Source: Eledone cirrhosa
Lineage: Eukaryota
NCBI GenBank assembly: GCA_964016885.1
Contig: OZ024749.1
Coordinates: 55,118,001-55,182,000 of the forward strand
Length of the DNA: 64,000 nt
Reading direction: 5' to 3'
Below are positions 59,761 to 64,000 of this stretch, piece after piece. A program made the position numbers and the translations under genes. Within the stretch, counting starts at the first letter, position 1. Every line of letters begins with the position of its first letter. The notes under the pieces are model-generated. The model was given only the letters and a program-made list of their open reading frames with translations, searched no databases and had not been told where the DNA came from.

Positions 59761-60253
59761 CATGTTTCACACAGACATGAAACTTGAATTGAAACCGTGT
59801 AATTTTTCAGTTCAATCCAACCTTCTTTAATCTTTATCTCTGGTCAGCCATTGTTAGTTGACAGCTCCAATGTTTTCTATGCTAATTTCACAAAATATAA
59901 TGTGATTGCTTGTCTGAACAAATGGTGTGGAATATATTCCGATGCAAATTTTGACTCAATCTCATTCTATTTCAATGTCTGCTCAAATCTGTGTCAACTA
60001 ATTACTAGGCCACATCGTTAGCATCTTATTATTATTGTTTTTATTATTATTATAGTTTTTTTTGTGTATGTTGTTGCTGTTGTTGCTGTTGTGGTAGTTG
60101 TTGTTGTTATTATTATTCTTTTGCTGCTGTTGTTGTAGTTGTTGCTGTCGTTGTTGCTGTCGTTGTTGTTGGTGTTGCGCTGTCATTGTTATTGCTGCTG
60201 CTGTTGTCGTTGTTGTCGTCGTCGTTGTTGTTGTTATTTTTCTTCTTCTTCTT

Positions 60254-60288
<35 letters not shown>

Positions 60289-61850
60289 GCTGCTGTTGTT
60301 GTTGTAGTTGTTACTGCTGTTGTTGTTTGCTGCCATTTCTTTTTTTGTTAATTTTCGTTCAATTATTATTATTACCATTATTACTATTATTATTATTGAT
60401 ATTTTTTTTATTTCTTGTTTCTCTTTTGGTTTATTCTTGTTAATGTTTCTTAATTTAAACGATTAAAAAAATTTTTTTTTTTTATTTATTTAGCTGTTTA
60501 TTTATTTATTGTAAAATTGTATTGTTTTGGGTATTTTCTTTATTTTTTAGCATTTTATATATTTTTTCTTTTGTTTTTATATTTCGCTGAATTTGTTTCT
60601 TGATTTTTTTTAAATTTTGAAAAAGTTAATTTTTTTTATTTCTATATAAATGATGGGTGGGAATTGAATAAGTGTCTAACTATATAGGTGAAAGAGAGAG
60701 AGTGTGGGGGAGAGAGAGTGTGTGTGAGAGAGTGTATGAGAGAAAGAGAGAGTGTATGAGATAAAGAGAGAGTGGGGAAAGAGAGAGATTGAGAGAGAGG
60801 GATAAATAGATATAGAGAGAGGGTGAGAGAGAGGAGGGAGAGGGGGAGAGAGACAGGGAGAGGAGAGATAGAGACTGCGAGGAAACTGATAGAAAGATAG
60901 AGCATATATAAATGTGTATGTGTGTATATATATGAATGTGTGTGAATGTGTGTATGCGTGCGTTTTAAACCATAGTTATTTAAGACATGGCATATATAAG
61001 TGTGTATATGTGTCTGTGCATGTGTGTATATGTATACGTGTATATATATATATATATATATGTGTATGTGTATATATGTGTGTATGCGTGCGTGTTGGAC
61101 CGTAGTTATTTTTCTTAAGTGCAACACGTTTGGGTTCTAATTTGTCTAATTGATGTTATGTAATTATATATATTTTTATATTCAACCATATATTTATTTA
61201 TTTTACTATTGTTGTTGTCAATGTTTGCCTCTATTTATTTTATTTTATTTTATTTTATTTTAGTTTTGTTTTAGTTTTGTTTTAGTTTATTTTATTTTAG
61301 TTTTGTTTTAGTTTATTTTGTTTAGTTTTGTTATTTTTTCGATTATATGTTTGAATACATTTTCTAATTAATAGATTGTTTAATCGTCTAATTAAGTAAT
61401 TAATAAGTTTAAATAAATGTGAATATGTTACGACCTTCGTTTAAAACCTTTTCCTTTATTTCTGCCAATTCTCAGCTCTTTCTCTGGCATTTAATTTCTC
61501 TCTTTCACTCTCTCACTGTCCCTCTCTTTCACTTTCTGTCCCTCTCTTTCCCTCTCTCACTGACCCTCTCTTTCTCTTTCTCACTGTCCCTCTCTTTCAC
61601 TCTCTCTGTCCCTCTCTTTCCCTTCATTTCTCTCTCTCTTTCTCTCTATCTCTCTATCTATCTATCTCTCTATCTCTCTATCTATCTCTCTATCTCTCTA
61701 TCTATCTATCTCTCTCTATATATCTCTCTCTACCCCCCCCCTCTCTCTTTCTCTCTGTTTATCTCTAATTCACTCTTCCTCTATCTCTCTCTCTCTCTCT
61801 CTACCTCCCCCCCTCCTCTCTCCTCACGTCACTACTGATTTACCATCCAG

Positions 61851-61900
61851 TCCAAATGGCAGCCTGGTATTTTCTCTCTGCTCTAATGGCTGCTAGTGAG
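61851..61900 (+). CDS. Candidate short exon (MAAWYFLSALMAASE), gene unidentified
   Basis: Pyrimidine tract, tactgat and CAG before it; GAG|GTGAGC donor after it. Only one of three frames is open, with ATG at 61856. No homology recognised. Confidence 0.3.
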
Positions 61901-62304
61901 GTGAGCATTTTTATATGCTTTTTTTAAATATTTACTTTTTTTTGTTGTTATTTTTATTGCTAATCTTGTTCTTGTTGTTGTTGTTGTTGTTGTTGGTAGT
62001 TTTTTACGCTTAATAAAAACCAACCAATAAAAACATAACAAGATAAACTTGTGTATTAAATTACCCGTTTAACAATTTAACATTATCAAAAAAAATTACC
62101 TTGCTAACTTATTTCGTAGTTCTTTAGATATATTTATTATTATTTTATTTATTTTAACCATCACATCATGGAAACGACCATACTGGAGCACCGTCTTCAT
62201 TGCGCCTCTAATAGATGTCATAGAATATATAGCAACGGTGATACTTTTATTAGAGAATGGTTTGTTTAGGAAATAGCTCTCCATAGAAACATCGATAGAT
62301 AGAT

Positions 62305-62650
62305 GTAGTAGTTGTAGCAGCAGTAGTAGCAGCAGTAGTAGTAGCAGCAGCAGCAGTAGTAGTAGCAGTAGTAGCTGTAGCAGTAGTAGTAACAGTAGTA
62401 GCAGCAGTAGTAACAGTAGTAGTAGCAGCAGCAGCAATAGTAGTAGTAGTAGTAGCAGCAGCAGCAGCAATAGTAGTAGTAGTAGCAGCAGCAGCAGTAG
62501 TAGTAGTAGTAGTAGTAGCAGCAGCAGCAATAGTAGTAGTAGTAGTAGCAGCAGCAGTAGTAGCAACAGCAGTAGTGGTAGTAGTAGCAGCAGTGGTAGT
62601 AGCAACAGCAGCAGTAGTAGTAGCAGCAGTAGTAGTAATAGTAGTAGTAG
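62305..62650. repeat. Compound (AGC)n/(AGT)n tract
   Basis: Visible; source of the poly-Leu and Tyr/Cys ORFs. Confidence 0.95.
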
Positions 62651-64000
62651 TTATTATTCTTGATGATGATAATAATGATGAGGATGACGACGACGACTAC
62701 TAATATGACAATGGTGGTGGTGATGATGATGATCAAAGGTGTGACCTTCCTGTCGTGACCTTCCTGTCTTTTATATTTATTATTTTAGTCCGGATTATTG
62801 AATGTGTTCTTTCTTAAATCCGAGACATGATGGCGCTACATAACGGAGATTTAGCTGTTACTTTTAGCGAATCTAAGAACCTTTAGTACACTAAGAGGTC
62901 TCGTGTTTAGGTCCGCAATTAGCCAATCATTGTGGACAGCAATCAGTGTCGACTGCCAACAGATTGTGCTTGTGGAGGGTAGAATGTCTCTCGGTGGTCA
63001 CTCAAACTACTAGTAATAGCAGTTAAATCTTCTCTACTAATCCTGCCCTCGTAAATTAGGAAACCATGTTTTATATGATATAGTATCTACATAGTGTTAC
63101 CAAAACGGGGTGGACGGATTGATGGATAGAATGCTCTTCATTATATGTCTACTTGGCCAGGGGCTGCCTGGTACTAAGCAACAACGACGACAACAATAGC
63201 AGCAACAACAAATAGCTAAATGTATTAATACATAAAGGTTATTTTTTATTCCCCACTCAATTACAAGCAAGTAATAAGAGAAACGATACAGTATGAATAC
63301 AAAAAGTAATTAAAGTATGATTATATAAAGATTTGTATTCATAAAAATTTAATTTGTATACAGTATTGAAATAAATACTTCGTATTTGTATAATTTCCTG
63401 ACTGTTCTATTTCTTGGGACTTTGCACCTTGTTGGGTTAATTAGTTTATAGCCAAATTCTCCTTAAAAAGGCGATAACTGAAATTTCTGACAACAAGCCA
63501 TCCATTTGTGCTTTAAGTTTTAATACATCAGCCCATGTAATATTCATAAATGCAAATAGCAAGGAATTTATTATTCATCAATTCAAATTTGAAGATGAAA
63601 AAAAAAGAAGTATAAAAAAAATTATTATTATTTTAATTAAAATTAAAATGGTGTGAGTGGAATCTTTAGATCAACGGACAAAATATTTTGTGATATTTTA
63701 TTATGTTAGTTTAATATCTAAGTTCAAATTCCGCCAGGATCGAGTTTGTAATTTTGAGTCTCTCTTTCTGAAGAAATTGGGTGAAAGAGTGGGCGAGAGG
63801 AAAATATGGATCAACTGTGATACTTCACTGATCTTTTATATATCAAAATAGAAATAATGGAAGTTAAAGGTAATCTCGGAGGGGTTTGAACTCAGAACTC
63901 AAATGGTCACGACAAATATGACAGATACTACAAAGTATGGGTGGTGACCAAAATATTAGACATGATATTATCAGTCAGCACCGTAAGAATTATAGGATAT

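Overview
AT-rich, repeat-saturated animal genomic DNA, intergenic or intronic, with one 200-N assembly gap (31527-31726). The recurring tRNA-derived SINE families and extreme microsatellite density resemble octopod cephalopod DNA (inference, not verified). Nearly all long ORFs in the track are microsatellite translations, and no complete protein-coding gene is supported; there are only two weak splice-signal candidates (61851-61900 +, 49233-49283 -). Recognisable mobile DNA: many copies of at least three short retroposon families, relics of CRE-like, R4/Dong-like and RTE non-LTR retrotransposons, and a mariner-type MITE plus a tandem derivative. A 36-bp minisatellite has expanded inside a SINE head. 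The most notable signal is a set of short, mutually dissimilar, non-coding elements in or next to (TA)n/(CA)n tracts that carry minimal type I hammerhead ribozymes with palindromic stem III. Three have intact cores (4331, 10663, 48145) and about seven are decayed or truncated. Two also have 40-50 bp inverted repeats. This matches Penelope-like pseudo-LTR or retrozyme-like mini-elements.
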